From the NCBI GenBank assembly GCA_035248685.1, contig DATFHF010000014.1, positions 133-64,132 of the forward strand: 64,000 nt of DNA. The letters run 5' to 3'. A program made the position numbers and the translations under genes. Shown here piece after piece: positions 51,757 to 63,344 of this stretch (its first letter is position 1; every line of letters begins with the position of its first letter). Below the pieces are notes generated by a model. That model did no database searches. It was given only the letters and a program-made list of their open reading frames with translations, and had not been told where the DNA came from. The DNA is from Jatrophihabitans sp. (GTDB lineage: Bacteria; Actinomycetota; Actinomycetes; Mycobacteriales; Jatrophihabitantaceae).

Positions 51757-52482
51757 GTGACCGAGGATCAGCGACGCGAGCCCAAGTACTACCTGGTGAA
51801 ACGGCATCTACTCGACCTCATCGCCGAGTACCCGCCGGGCACCGCGGTACCAACCGAGCGCGAGCTCGCCGAACTCGCCGCCACCTCGCGGACGACCGTC
51901 CGGCAGGCGCTCAGCGAGCTGGTGACCGAGGGACGGCTGGTCCGCCGGCAGGGTTCGGGCACCTACGTTGCCGAACCCAAGCTGGCCTGGCCGTTGCAGA
52001 TGTCCAGCTTCACCGAGCAGGCCGCGTCGTCCGGACTCAAAGTGGAAACCACCCTGATCTCGGCCGAGCGGGTACCGGCCACCGCGGAGATCGCGGAGTT
52101 GCTCCAGCTGAAAGAGGGCGCCCAGGTGCACCGCATCGAGCGGTTGCGCGAGGTGAACGGTTCGCCGATGGCACTGGAGCAATCGCACCTGTCCGCCCGG
52201 CGGTTTCCGGGGTTGGCCAAGGCGCTGCGGCAGACCGGATCGCTGTACCAGGTGTTACACGAGCAGTGGGGGGTGTGGCCGGCGACAGCGGTGGAGACGA
52301 TCGAGACCGCGCCGGCGTCACCCCGCGAGGCCGGCCTGCTGGCCACCGACACCGGAGCGCCGATGCTCATCCTGTCCCGGCACAGCCTGGACGCCGACGG
52401 TCGACCGGTCGAGTGGGTGCGCAGCTGGTACCGCGGCGATCGCTACACCTTCGTCGCCCGGCTGAACGCGCCTGCCGGATAA
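51757..52482 (+). CDS. GntR/HutC-family regulator, DasR/NagR-like
   Basis: wHTH LPTERELAELAATSRTTVRQALSELVTEGRLVRRQGSGTYV plus a UTRA effector domain. It is divergent from the amino-sugar catabolic genes. Confidence 0.85.
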   Translation: MTEDQRREPKYYLVKRHLLDLIAEYPPGTAVPTERELAELAATSRTTVRQALSELVTEGRLVRRQGSGTYVAEPKLAWPLQMSSFTEQAASSGLKVETTLISAERVPATAEIAELLQLKEGAQVHRIERLREVNGSPMALEQSHLSARRFPGLAKALRQTGSLYQVLHEQWGVWPATAVETIETAPASPREAGLLATDTGAPMLILSRHSLDADGRPVEWVRSWYRGDRYTFVARLNAPAG

Positions 52483-52551
52483 CGGCATGTCAAACACGCG
52501 CTAAACGCCGGGTGCACTAGATTGCCGTCGGTCCTTGAAGAGGAGGTCGAG

Positions 52552-52788
52552 ATGTCAAAGCCATCCCGGTACCGGCTCTCAGCGGGCGCCGCCGCGGCCG
52601 TCGCGATACTGCTTGCGATACCGGTGCTCGCCCTGATCCTGGTGCCGATCTACGCGCGAAAGGGCCCCGAGCTCTGGGGATTCCCCTTCTTCTACTGGTA
52701 TCAGATGCTCTGGGTAATAATCTGCGGGCTGTTCACCGGCGCCGCGTACCTGGTCATCGAACGCGACCGTAATGGAGCCCGACGGTGA
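52552..52788 (+). CDS. DUF3311-like small membrane protein (symporter accessory subunit)
   Basis: ATG 52552 follows GAGGAGG. It has two TM helices with FPFFYWYQMLW and overlaps the start of the symporter gene. Confidence 0.7.
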   Translation: MSKPSRYRLSAGAAAAVAILLAIPVLALILVPIYARKGPELWGFPFFYWYQMLWVIICGLFTGAAYLVIERDRNGARR

Positions 52789-54446
52789 CCGCGCTGGCCG
52801 CCGGCACCAAGGTGGACGGCGTTGCGCTGGGCGTCCTGCTGTTCTTCTTCATCGTGGTCACCGTCGGCGGGTTCGCCGCCGCCCGTTGGCGCCGCGCCGA
52901 GTCGCTGCACTCGCTGGACGAGTGGGGCCTGGGCGGTCGCAGCTTCGGGACGGTAATCACCTGGTTCCTGCTGGGTGGCGACCTCTACACCGCCTACACC
53001 TTCATCGCGGTACCCGCGGCGATGTTCGCCACCGGTGCCGTTTCCGGCTTCTTCGCGGTGGCTTACACCATCCTGGTCTACCCGATCGTGTTCGTCTTCA
53101 TGCCGCGAATGTGGTCGGTGGCGCATAGCAAGGGCTACGTCACCGCGGCCGACTTCATCCGGGGCCGCTTCGATTCACGATTCCTGGCGCTGGCCGTTGC
53201 GATCACCGGCATCCTGGCGACGATGCCTTACATCGCGCTGCAACTGGTGGGCATCCAGGCCATCATCGACACCATCGGCATCGGCGGCCGGAGCAACACC
53301 TTCCTGCGCGACCTGCCGCTGCTGATCGCCTTCGCGGTGCTGGCCGCCTACACCTACTCCTCCGGCCTGCGCGCGCCGGCGCTCATCGCCTTCGTCAAGG
53401 ACAGCCTGGTTTACCTGGTAATCGCGGTCGCCATAATCTACGTCGGCGTGCATGTGGGCTTCCACCACCTGTTCAACGCGGCGCAGACCAAGATGACCAC
53501 CAAGACCAAAACCGGCGCCCCGACCGGGGTGTTCATCCCGGCCAAGAACAATTACTGGGCCTACGCCACGCTGGCACTCGGCTCGGCGATGGCGCTGTTC
53601 ATGTATCCGCACTCCATGACCGCGGTGCTGTCGGCCAAATCCCGCAACGTGATCCGACGCAACACCGCGGTGCTACCGGCATATTCGCTGCTGCTGGCGC
53701 TGCTGGCACTGCTCGGCTATGCCGCCATTGCCAGCAAGACGTCGGTGATCGGCCAGGACGGAAAGGCTAATCCGCAACTGGCGGTGCCGCACTTCTTCCG
53801 GGACCAGTTCCCGCACTGGTTCGCCGGGGTGGCCTACGCCGCCATCGCGATCGGAGCACTGGTGCCGGCAGCAATCATGTCGATCGCCGCGGCCAACCTG
53901 TTCACCCGCAATGTCTACCGGGAATTCCTGGTTCGTAATGCCAGCCCGCGGCACGAGGCGCAGGTCTCCAAGATCACCTCGTTGGTGGTCAAGTTCGGCG
54001 CGCTGATCTTCGTACTGGCGCTGGATAAGCAGAACGCCATCAACCTTCAGTTGCTGGGCGGCGTCTGGATCCTGCAGACCGGGGTTGCGATCGTGGCCGG
54101 CCTGTACACCAGATGGCTGCATCGATGGGCGTTGCTGGCCGGTTGGGCGGTCGGCATGGTGTACGGCACGCTCGCTGCCTATCACCAGAAGTCCGCGGTG
54201 ACCCATCACTTCGGCGGCTCGCTGGCCACCTTCCCGTACACCCACACCAAGGTCTACATCGCCTTCTCGTCCCTGGTGCTCAACTTAGTGGTGGCCGTGG
54301 TGCTCACCGTCGTGCTACGGCTGGTGAAGGCACCGGACGGCGAGGATCAGACCGCAGATGACGACTACTACTCCGAATCGGCCGTCCGGACCGAGTCGCT
54401 GCCCGGCACCGAGGGCGTCCCGGCGCCGCGCGCGACCACCGGCTAG
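52785..54446 (+). CDS. sodium:solute symporter family transporter
   Basis: 553 aa with about 13 TM segments. GGRSFGTVITWFLLGGDLYTAYTFIAVP is typical of the SSF family. Confidence 0.85.
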   Translation: MTALAAGTKVDGVALGVLLFFFIVVTVGGFAAARWRRAESLHSLDEWGLGGRSFGTVITWFLLGGDLYTAYTFIAVPAAMFATGAVSGFFAVAYTILVYPIVFVFMPRMWSVAHSKGYVTAADFIRGRFDSRFLALAVAITGILATMPYIALQLVGIQAIIDTIGIGGRSNTFLRDLPLLIAFAVLAAYTYSSGLRAPALIAFVKDSLVYLVIAVAIIYVGVHVGFHHLFNAAQTKMTTKTKTGAPTGVFIPAKNNYWAYATLALGSAMALFMYPHSMTAVLSAKSRNVIRRNTAVLPAYSLLLALLALLGYAAIASKTSVIGQDGKANPQLAVPHFFRDQFPHWFAGVAYAAIAIGALVPAAIMSIAAANLFTRNVYREFLVRNASPRHEAQVSKITSLVVKFGALIFVLALDKQNAINLQLLGGVWILQTGVAIVAGLYTRWLHRWALLAGWAVGMVYGTLAAYHQKSAVTHHFGGSLATFPYTHTKVYIAFSSLVLNLVVAVVLTVVLRLVKAPDGEDQTADDDYYSESAVRTESLPGTEGVPAPRATTG

Positions 54447-54478
54447 GGGTGAGAGGGGCCGGCCTCCTCAGGCCGGCC

Positions 54479-54763
54479 CTAGTCGGCCCGGTACTCCAGG
54501 TGGCTGGTCTCGATGACCACCTGGGTCAATCGGCCACGGATCCGTTCCCGCAGTGCGGATGGTGCGACGTCGCCGCCGCAACTGCGGGCCACCAGCGACT
54601 TGACGTCCTGCTCCAGACCGAACCGGCGCAGGCACGGCGCACAGTCGTCCAGGTGTGCTCGGATCCGTTGGCGGGCTTCTACGTCCGACTCGTCGTCCAG
54701 ATAGAGGTAGACGTCGGCGAGCACCTCGTCACAGTCCATGCCACCCGGGCCGAAACCGGTCAT
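54479..54763 (-). CDS. rshA: zinc-associated anti-sigma factor RshA/RsrA
   Basis: [41 protein letters not shown] carries the HxxxCxxC ZAS motif. The start overlaps the sigH stop. Confidence 0.9.
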   Translation of the reverse strand: MTGFGPGGMDCDEVLADVYLYLDDESDVEARQRIRAHLDDCAPCLRRFGLEQDVKSLVARSCGGDVAPSALRERIRGRLTQVVIETSHLEYRAD

Positions 54764-55368
54764 GACTGCTCTCCTTCGGTAGCCGCGCCGGTGCCGGTCT
54801 TGACCAGCCCTCGGTCCCGCGCGTAGTCGGCCAGTAGCGCCTGAAGCTGCTTGCGTCCGCGGTGCAGGCGGGACATCACCGTCCCGATCGGCGTGTCCAT
54901 GATCTCGGCGATCTCCTTGTAGGCGAATCCTTCGACATCAGCGAGGTAAACGGCCAGCCGAAACTCCTCCGGCAGCGCCTGCAGCGCGTCCTTGACATCG
55001 GAGTCCGGCAGGTGGTCCAGCGCTTCCATCTCGGCCGAGCGCAGCCCGGACGAGGTGTGCGACTCGGCGGCGTGCAGCTGCCAGTCCTCGATCGTGTCGG
55101 AGTTGCTCTGCTGCGGCTGGCGCTGCTTCTTGCGGTAGGTGTTGATGAACGAGTTCGTCAGAATCCGGTACAGCCAGGCCTTGAGGTTGGTGCCCTCGGC
55201 GAACTGGTGGAAGGCCGCGAATGCCTTGACGTAGGTCTCCTGCACCAGGTCTTCGGCGTCGGCCGGATTCCTGGTCATCCGCATCGCGGCGGCGTATAGC
55301 TGGTCAAGGAAGGGCAGGGCGTCCCGCTCGAATCGGGCCCGGCGCTCCTCGACAGTCTCCTCTGCCAC
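54760..55368 (-). CDS. sigH: ECF sigma factor SigH/SigR
   Basis: [75 protein letters not shown] is close to M. tuberculosis SigH. GTG 55368 follows GAGGGGAG. The in-frame ORF extends to 55500, so a longer isoform is possible. Confidence 0.9.
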   Translation of the reverse strand: MAEETVEERRARFERDALPFLDQLYAAAMRMTRNPADAEDLVQETYVKAFAAFHQFAEGTNLKAWLYRILTNSFINTYRKKQRQPQQSNSDTIEDWQLHAAESHTSSGLRSAEMEALDHLPDSDVKDALQALPEEFRLAVYLADVEGFAYKEIAEIMDTPIGTVMSRLHRGRKQLQALLADYARDRGLVKTGTGAATEGEQS

Positions 55369-55545
55369 ACGGACTCCCCTCGCCTCGTCAGCCGGACCTG
55401 GAAAACGGTCAGGCAGCTGGAAGCTTACGGGGCCGGTGCCGCTGCTGCTGCCGCCGATTGCCCGAAGATCGGGCAGCTCGGGACGGTCCAGCACCAGCAT
55501 CTTCTTCCTCCGCGCGCTGTTCGGCGACGATTATCGCTGGGCTTG

Positions 55546-55572
55546 AACGCGCGGCGGATCCGAATCCATTCC
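55546..55572 (-). promoter_or_regulatory. SigH/SigR-type promoter candidate (GGAAT-N19-GTT)
   Basis: The minus strand reads GGAAT GGATTCGGATCCGCCGCGC GTTC upstream of sigH, compared with the autoregulatory consensus GGAAT-N18-GTT. Confidence 0.5.
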
Positions 55573-55589
55573 CCGGCCGGGCCGGCAGC

Positions 55590-56129
55590 TCACACCAGCT
55601 GACGCCGGTCACCGCGGGGTAGGTCCGGTTCGGGGACGAGCTCGTCCACCCCGCCGCCACCGCCGGAGCACCACGGGCACCACGGCTGCAGCTTGCGATG
55701 GGTGCCGTAGGCGAGGATCAGGTAGATCATCGAGGACTGGACGATCGCCCAGCAGTACCGGCCGGGCGTGCTGGTCAGGAAGTTGGAACCGATGAGCACC
55801 ACCAGGTACGGCACCAGCACCCGCGGATTGCTGCCGGAGTGGGCCAGCCAGAACCTGCGCTGGTAGCGGGCGGCGTCTTCGGCCGGGTTCAACGGCATCG
55901 CCGCGGCGCAGGTTTCGCACAGCCGCCGGTCGTGCTGGCGCATCTGGAGCCAGGTCAGCAGCACGAAGACCAGCAACGACATGATCGCCAGCAGCGCCAG
56001 CGGGCCGGCCGCCATCGGTCGGATGCCCAGCGCGATCGCCAGCAGGATCGACACGCTCAGCAACTGTGGCGCGTAGTGACCCCACCGCCGGCTCATGCCT
56101 CCGGACTCGGACAGGCCGATGTCACTCAT
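55590..56129 (-). CDS. hypothetical membrane protein with CxxC pairs
   Basis: Four hydrophobic segments. CETC sits in a loop and CPWC near the C-terminus. The start is uncertain (M1 or M12). Confidence 0.5.
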   Translation of the reverse strand: MSDIGLSESGGMSRRWGHYAPQLLSVSILLAIALGIRPMAAGPLALLAIMSLLVFVLLTWLQMRQHDRRLCETCAAAMPLNPAEDAARYQRRFWLAHSGSNPRVLVPYLVVLIGSNFLTSTPGRYCWAIVQSSMIYLILAYGTHRKLQPWCPWCSGGGGGVDELVPEPDLPRGDRRQLV

Positions 56130-56239
56130 GTGCGTTCCGTTTCCCCCGCGGAATGCCGCTGCGCAGAGCAGCGCACGGTCGTCGCTGACCGCATTCGCTG
56201 ATCATGTACCCAGGCTGGCATTTGGAGCAAGCGCGGAAT

Positions 56240-56446
56240 TCACTGCACCATAAACTGCTCACCACGCACCGTGACCACGTCATTACGCACCAGCTGCCGA
56301 CCGCGGCGATCCTCTGGTCTTCCGTTGACCAGGACGGCTCCCTGAGCTAACAGCGTCTTGACGTCCGAACCCACTTCGACCGCATCGGCGAGCTTGAGAA
56401 ACTGGCCCAGCCGGATCCGGCCGTCCCGGGTCGGCACCGTGCGCAT
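56240..56446 (-). CDS. S4-domain RNA-binding protein (YbcJ-like)
   Basis: ATG 56446 gives MRTVPTRDGRIRLGQFLKLADAVEVGSDVKTLLAQGAVLVNGRPEDRRGRQLVRNDVVTV. The longer ORF to 56815 is antisense to ybaK. Confidence 0.75.
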   Translation of the reverse strand: MRTVPTRDGRIRLGQFLKLADAVEVGSDVKTLLAQGAVLVNGRPEDRRGRQLVRNDVVTVRGEQFMVQ

Positions 56447-56491
56447 CCAGCAATCATGACCTAGCTCGGCCGCACTGGCAGGATCGGACTC

Positions 56492-56957
56492 ATGAGTGGT
56501 GGGACGCCGGCGACGACTGCCCTGGACCGAGCCGGCATCGACTATCGGCTGCATCCCTACTCTCACGACAGCCGAGCCGACTCCTACGGCGACGAGGCAG
56601 CCACCGCGCTCGGCGTCGATCCGCAACAGATTTTCAAGACGCTGATCGCCTCGGTCGACGGCCGGCTCACCTGCGCGGTGGTGCCGGTTGCCGGCCGGCT
56701 CAACCTGAAGGCGCTGGCGGCTGCCACCGGTGGCCGCAAGGCCGAGCTCGCCGACCCCGCGCAGGCCCAGCGCGCCACCGGCTATGTGCTCGGCGGGATC
56801 AGCCCGCTCGGGCACCGCCGGCCGGTGCCGGTGGTGGTGGACCGTTTGGCAAGGGAGTTCGACACCATCTACGTCTCCGCGGGCCGGCGCGGCCTACAGG
56901 TCGAACTCGCGCCGGCGGACCTGATCGCGCTGGCCCGGGCGTCGCTGGCCGAGATCG

Positions 56958-56968
<11 letters not shown>
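56492..56968 (+). CDS. ybaK: Cys-tRNA(Pro)/Cys-tRNA(Cys) deacylase
   Basis: ALDRAGIDYRLHPY .. IFKTLIASVDGRLTCAVVPV .. GYVLGGISPLG: YbaK pattern. Confidence 0.85.
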
Positions 56969-58664
<1,696 letters not shown>

Positions 58665-58689
58665 GGTGCCGACTCTGGCATGCCCTCTG

Positions 58690-59307
58690 TCATCCGGCTA
58701 GCTCGGCCAGCCACTCGACCACCAACCGGGCGGCCTCGGCCGTCGATCCCTTGAGCGAGTGGTCTCCGGCCACCTGCCGGACGGTCCGGCCGGGCGCCGG
58801 CTCCGGCATGCCGAACGGGTCGCTGCGGCCCTGCACGACCAGCACCGGCTGCGGCACCCCGGCCAGCTCAGGCAGCCGGGACTTCTCCGGTTTGCCCGGT
58901 GGATGCACCGGAAATGCCACTGCGATCACCGCGATCGGGCGTGGTGTCACGGCCGGGTCGGCGGCGGTTCGGCAGGCCACCCGGGCGCCGGAGGACCGGC
59001 CGGCGTAGATGAAATCCAACCCGGCCAATGCCTTGCGGCGACCGAGCGCGGCCACTACCGCCGCCCAGCCTTGGTCGAGCACTGGGGCTGCCGGTGGGGT
59101 GCGGCGGCCGGCCAACCGGTAGGGCTGGGTCACCCGGGCAACGCTGATGCCGGCAGCCAGGCACGCGTTGCGGATCGCCACCAGATCCGAGGACTGCACC
59201 GAGCCGCCGGCACCGTGTCCGATCACCAGCAACCGCTCGGCGCCGGTGGCCTGCTCCAGCGTGACCGCGGCATCGCCGGCCGGGGTTGCGACGGTCAGTT
59301 CCGCCAC
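58690..59307 (-). CDS. alpha/beta-hydrolase-fold protein (COG3571-like)
   Basis: The start GTG follows AAGGAGG. LLVIGHGAGGS, YAGRSSGARVA (nucleophile elbow) and VVQGRSDPFG. The upstream part of the listed ORF is antisense to the SRAP gene. Confidence 0.7.
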   Translation of the reverse strand: MAELTVATPAGDAAVTLEQATGAERLLVIGHGAGGSVQSSDLVAIRNACLAAGISVARVTQPYRLAGRRTPPAAPVLDQGWAAVVAALGRRKALAGLDFIYAGRSSGARVACRTAADPAVTPRPIAVIAVAFPVHPPGKPEKSRLPELAGVPQPVLVVQGRSDPFGMPEPAPGRTVRQVAGDHSLKGSTAEAARLVVEWLAELAG

Positions 59308-59379
59308 CACGCCTCCTTTGTCGAGCCTGCCTGGCACGGTAGCCGGTGCGGCCTGTCGGCGGTGCGGCACAATCGAGGC

Positions 59380-60150
59380 ATGTGCGGCCGCTACGTCAAC
59401 CAAGCCTCTACCGACGACCTGGTCGAGGAGTTCGACGTCGAGCAGGTCACTGGGCCGGAGCTGCCGCCGTCCTGGAACATCGCCCCGACCGACCCGGTCC
59501 GGGTGGTGCTGAGCCGGCCGCCGAAGGCGATCGACGGCCCCGGCATCGTCGACTCGCCCGACCCGGTGCGCCAGCTGCGGACGGTCCGGTGGGGGCTGGT
59601 GCCGAGCTGGTCCTCCGACCGCAAGGGCGGTGCCCGGATGATCAACGCGCGGATCGAGACGGTCACCGAGAAGCCCGCATTCAGCAAGGCAGCCGGTCGC
59701 CGGCGCTGCCTGGTGCCGGCGCTGGGCTACTACGAGTGGCAGCAAACCGAGCACGGCAAGGTGCCGCATTTCCTGCACGACCCGGACGGCCGGTTGCTGG
59801 CGATGGCCGGGTTGTACGAGCTATGGCGGGATCCGGCACTGGCCGATGACGACCCGGATCGCTGGCTGTGGACCTGCACGATCATCACCCAGCAGGCGAC
59901 CGACCTGCTGGGCGAGATCCACGACCGCAACCCGGTGATCGTCCCCGCCGAGTTGCAAGCGGCGTGGCTGGATTGCTCGAGCGAGGACCCGGCAACCGCG
60001 CGCCGGTTGCTGGACCGGATCCCGGAGGCTCGGCTGGAGCCGTACGTGGTGTCGCCGGCGGTGGGTAAGGTCAGCAATAACGGCCCCGAGCTGATCGTCC
60101 CGGTCGAACATGATGCGCAGGCCGGTCAGCAGATGCTGGAACTCGGGTGA
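59380..60150 (+). CDS. SOS-response-associated peptidase (SRAP/YedK family)
   Basis: MCGRY N-terminus (catalytic Cys2), NIAPTD, RWGLVPSW, NARIETV, CLVPALGYYEW, HDRNPVIV. Confidence 0.9.
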   Translation: MCGRYVNQASTDDLVEEFDVEQVTGPELPPSWNIAPTDPVRVVLSRPPKAIDGPGIVDSPDPVRQLRTVRWGLVPSWSSDRKGGARMINARIETVTEKPAFSKAAGRRRCLVPALGYYEWQQTEHGKVPHFLHDPDGRLLAMAGLYELWRDPALADDDPDRWLWTCTIITQQATDLLGEIHDRNPVIVPAELQAAWLDCSSEDPATARRLLDRIPEARLEPYVVSPAVGKVSNNGPELIVPVEHDAQAGQQMLELG

Positions 60151-60157
60151 GCGACAG

Positions 60158-61021
60158 GTGATCACAGGCCGGGTCGCGGTCACCGGTGGCAGCGGCAAGC
60201 TGGGCCGGGCCGTGGTCGCCGACCTGCTGGCGCACGGCTGGGACGTGGTCAACCTCGACCGGGCCGCTCCGGCGCAGCAACAGGGCTGCCCGTTCGTCCA
60301 GATTGATTTCCGGGACTTCGGACAGACCGTAGAGGCGCTCACCGGCATCCAAGATCGTTACGACAGCCTGGACGCGCTGGTGCACCTGGCCGCCATCCCG
60401 GCCCCTGGGCTAACCGGCAACGCGGCGACCTTTGCCAACAACGCCACCAGCAGCTACAACGTCTTCACCGCCGCCCGGCTGGCCGGCATCCGCAACGTCG
60501 TCTGGGCGTCCAGCGAGACCGTGCTGGGACTGCCGTTCGACACCCCGCCGCCGTACCTGCCGGTGGACGAGGACTACCCGCCGCGGCCGGAGTCCACCTA
60601 TTCATTGGTGAAGACGCTGGAGGAGCAGATGGCGGTGCAGCTGTGCCGCTGGGATCCGCAGCTGAAGATGATCGGGCTGCGCTTCTCCAACGTCATGGAG
60701 CCGGCGGACTACCCGGGCTTCGCTGCCTTTCAGCAGGACGAGACGTTGCGCAAGTGGAACCTGTGGGCGTACATCGACGCGCGGGACGGTGCCCAGGCGG
60801 TACGGTGCGCGCTCGGGTACCAGGGCACCGGTGCGGAGGTGTTCATCATCGCCAACGCCGACACCGTGATGACCCGGTCGTCGGCGTCGCTGGCCGCCGC
60901 GGTGTTTCCCGGCGTCGAGGTGCGCAAGCAGTTGGGCGAGCACGAGACACTGCTGTCGATCGACAAAGCCCGCCGGATCCTGGGCTACCAACCGGAGCAT
61001 TCCTGGCGCGATCACGGCTGA
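60158..61021 (+). CDS. NAD-dependent epimerase/dehydratase family protein
   Basis: GTG 60158 gives VITGRVAVTGGSGKLGRAV (Rossmann). YSLVKTLEE is the YxxxK motif. Confidence 0.8.
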   Translation: MITGRVAVTGGSGKLGRAVVADLLAHGWDVVNLDRAAPAQQQGCPFVQIDFRDFGQTVEALTGIQDRYDSLDALVHLAAIPAPGLTGNAATFANNATSSYNVFTAARLAGIRNVVWASSETVLGLPFDTPPPYLPVDEDYPPRPESTYSLVKTLEEQMAVQLCRWDPQLKMIGLRFSNVMEPADYPGFAAFQQDETLRKWNLWAYIDARDGAQAVRCALGYQGTGAEVFIIANADTVMTRSSASLAAAVFPGVEVRKQLGEHETLLSIDKARRILGYQPEHSWRDHG

Positions 61022-61053
61022 TCGGCCAACCGGGCACCGCCATACTGTTAGGC

Positions 61054-62331
61054 ATGCCAGCACCCGAGCAGCCGTGGCTCGCTCCCCCGGCCACCGGTCG
61101 GCTGGCCACCACCGTGCCGTTGCCCGGCTCGAAGTCGCTGACCAACCGGACCCTGGTGCTGGCCGCGCTGTCCGCCACGCCCACCCGGATCGTCGGCGCG
61201 CTGCGCGCCCGCGACACCGAGCTGATGGCCGGCGCGCTGCGCGCGCTCGGGGTGGCTATTCAGCTTGGCGATGATTGGCTGGTTACCCCCGGCCCATTGC
61301 ACGGCGGCGACGTGGACTGCGGGCTGGCCGGCACGGTGATGCGGTTCGTCCCGCCGCTGGCCGCACTGGCCGATGGCGACAGTCGATTCGACGGCGACCC
61401 GGCGGCTCGGGTGCGCCCGATGCGGGCGTTGCTGGACGGCCTGCGGCAGGCCGGCGCGGTGATCGACGACGACGGCTGGGGGCTGCTGCCGTTTACCGTG
61501 CGCGGTCACGGCGCGCTGCCCGGCGGCCGGATCGAGATCGACAGCTCGGCGTCCTCGCAGTTCATCTCGGCGCTGCTGATCGCGGCCGGCCGGTTCGACC
61601 GGGGCGCGGAGATCCGGCACGTCGGCGCCGGCTTGCCGTCGTTGCCGCACATCGACATGACCATCGCCGCGCTGACCGCAGCCGGCGCCGACGTGCGCAC
61701 GCTCGACCCCGGGCACTGGCGGGTCGAGCCGGGCAAGCTCGACCTGCCCGATCAGGTAATCGAACCCGACCTGTCCAACGCGGCACCGTTCCTAGCTGCC
61801 GCGCTGGTGACCGGCGGCTCGGTGACCGTCCCGCACTGGCCGGCCGAAACCACCCAGCCCGGCGCCCTGCTGCCCGAGCTGCTGGCCGGCCTGGGCGCCG
61901 AGACGGTACTGGACGACCGGGGACTGACGGTGACCGGCACCGGCTTTATCGGCCCGGTGCTGGCGGATCTGCACGAGGCCAGCGAACTCACCCCGGTGCT
62001 GGCCGTGCTCGCCGCGCTGGCCGACGGCGAGTCCCGGATCAGCGGGGTGGCGCACATCCGCGGGCACGAGACCGACCGGCTGGCCGCGTTGCGCACCGAG
62101 CTGGCCGCCGCCGGGGCACAGGTCAGCGAGACCGCCGACGGCTTGGTGATCCGGCCGGCGACCCTGCGTCCGACGCTGTGGCATAGCTACGCCGATCACC
62201 GGATGGCCCAGGCCGGCGCGCTACTCGGCCTGGCGGTGCCGGGCCTGCTGGTAGACGACATCGGCTGCACCAGCAAGACGCTGGCCGAGTTTCCCCAGCT
62301 ATGGACGGCAATGCTCGAGCAGGTCGGCTGA
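61054..62331 (+). CDS. aroA: 3-phosphoshikimate 1-carboxyvinyltransferase
   Basis: LPGSKSLTNRTLVLAAL, GLAGTVMRF, SSASSQFISALL, HRMAQAGALLGL. Start at ATG 61054; the ORF-track N-terminal extension overlaps the previous gene. Confidence 0.9.
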   Translation: MPAPEQPWLAPPATGRLATTVPLPGSKSLTNRTLVLAALSATPTRIVGALRARDTELMAGALRALGVAIQLGDDWLVTPGPLHGGDVDCGLAGTVMRFVPPLAALADGDSRFDGDPAARVRPMRALLDGLRQAGAVIDDDGWGLLPFTVRGHGALPGGRIEIDSSASSQFISALLIAAGRFDRGAEIRHVGAGLPSLPHIDMTIAALTAAGADVRTLDPGHWRVEPGKLDLPDQVIEPDLSNAAPFLAAALVTGGSVTVPHWPAETTQPGALLPELLAGLGAETVLDDRGLTVTGTGFIGPVLADLHEASELTPVLAVLAALADGESRISGVAHIRGHETDRLAALRTELAAAGAQVSETADGLVIRPATLRPTLWHSYADHRMAQAGALLGLAVPGLLVDDIGCTSKTLAEFPQLWTAMLEQVG

Positions 62332-63332
62332 TGGTCCGGCGCGACCCGCGTCGGATGGACGAGGACGACGTCCGCAACCGACCCACCAGGTACGGCAGCC
62401 GGGCCCGGACCAAGCAGCGACCGGCGCACGCCGACGCCGCCTCGGCGATGGTGATCACGGTGGATCGCGGCAGGTTCACCGTGCTGTTGGATGGCAGCGA
62501 GATCCAGCTGACCGCGATGCGCGCTCGGGAACTCGGCCGCAAGGCGATCGCGGTCGGCGACCAGGTCGGCGTGGTCGGCGACCTCTCCGGTGAGCCGGAC
62601 ACCCTCACTCGGATCGTCCGGGTGGACGAACGGCGCACGGTGTTGCGCCGCACCGCCGATGACAACGACCCGTACGAGCGGGTGATCGTGGCTAACGCCG
62701 ACCAGCTGCTGATCGTCGCCGCGCTGGCTGACCCGCCGCCGGTATACGGGCTGATCGACCGGTGCGTGGTCGCCGCGCTGACCGCCGGCCTGGAGCCGAT
62801 CCTGTTGCTGACCAAGGCGGATCTGGCCCCGCCCGATGAAGTGCTGGCCAACTACGCCGAGCTCGACATCCCGGCGGTGGTGACCTCGCGCGGTGCGGAC
62901 TTGACCGAGATCCGGCAGCTGTTGGACGGCCGGCGCACCGTGTTCGTCGGCCATTCCGGCGTCGGCAAGTCGACCCTGGTGAACGCGTTGGTGCCGGGTG
63001 CGTTGCGCAGCACCGGGGTGGTCAGCAGCGTCGGCAAGGGCCGGCACACCTCGACCTCGGTGTTCGCGTTGCGGCTGCCAGCACCCCTGCACGGCTGGGT
63101 GATCGATACCCCGGGGGTTCGGTCGTTCGGCCTGGCGCACGTCACCGCGCAGGACCTGCTGTGGGCGTTTCCGGATCTGGAGGACGGCGCGGTGCAGTGT
63201 CCGGGCGGCTGCGAGCACCTGAGTGCCGCCGATGGCTGCCGGCTCGATGCCTGGGTGGCAGCCGGCTACTCCAGCCCGAGCCGGCTGGCGGCGTTTCGCC
63301 GGTTGCTGGCCAGCCGCACCGACCTGGGCTGA
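62331..63332 (+). CDS. rsgA: ribosome small-subunit-dependent GTPase A
   Basis: VANADQLLIV, LLTKADL, GHSGVGKSTLVNAL, GRHTST, DTPGVRSF, and the zinc motif CPGGCEH..C. The ATG overlaps the aroA stop. Confidence 0.9.
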   Translation: MVRRDPRRMDEDDVRNRPTRYGSRARTKQRPAHADAASAMVITVDRGRFTVLLDGSEIQLTAMRARELGRKAIAVGDQVGVVGDLSGEPDTLTRIVRVDERRTVLRRTADDNDPYERVIVANADQLLIVAALADPPPVYGLIDRCVVAALTAGLEPILLLTKADLAPPDEVLANYAELDIPAVVTSRGADLTEIRQLLDGRRTVFVGHSGVGKSTLVNALVPGALRSTGVVSSVGKGRHTSTSVFALRLPAPLHGWVIDTPGVRSFGLAHVTAQDLLWAFPDLEDGAVQCPGGCEHLSAADGCRLDAWVAAGYSSPSRLAAFRRLLASRTDLG

Positions 63333-63344
63333 CAGCGGGCGGGG

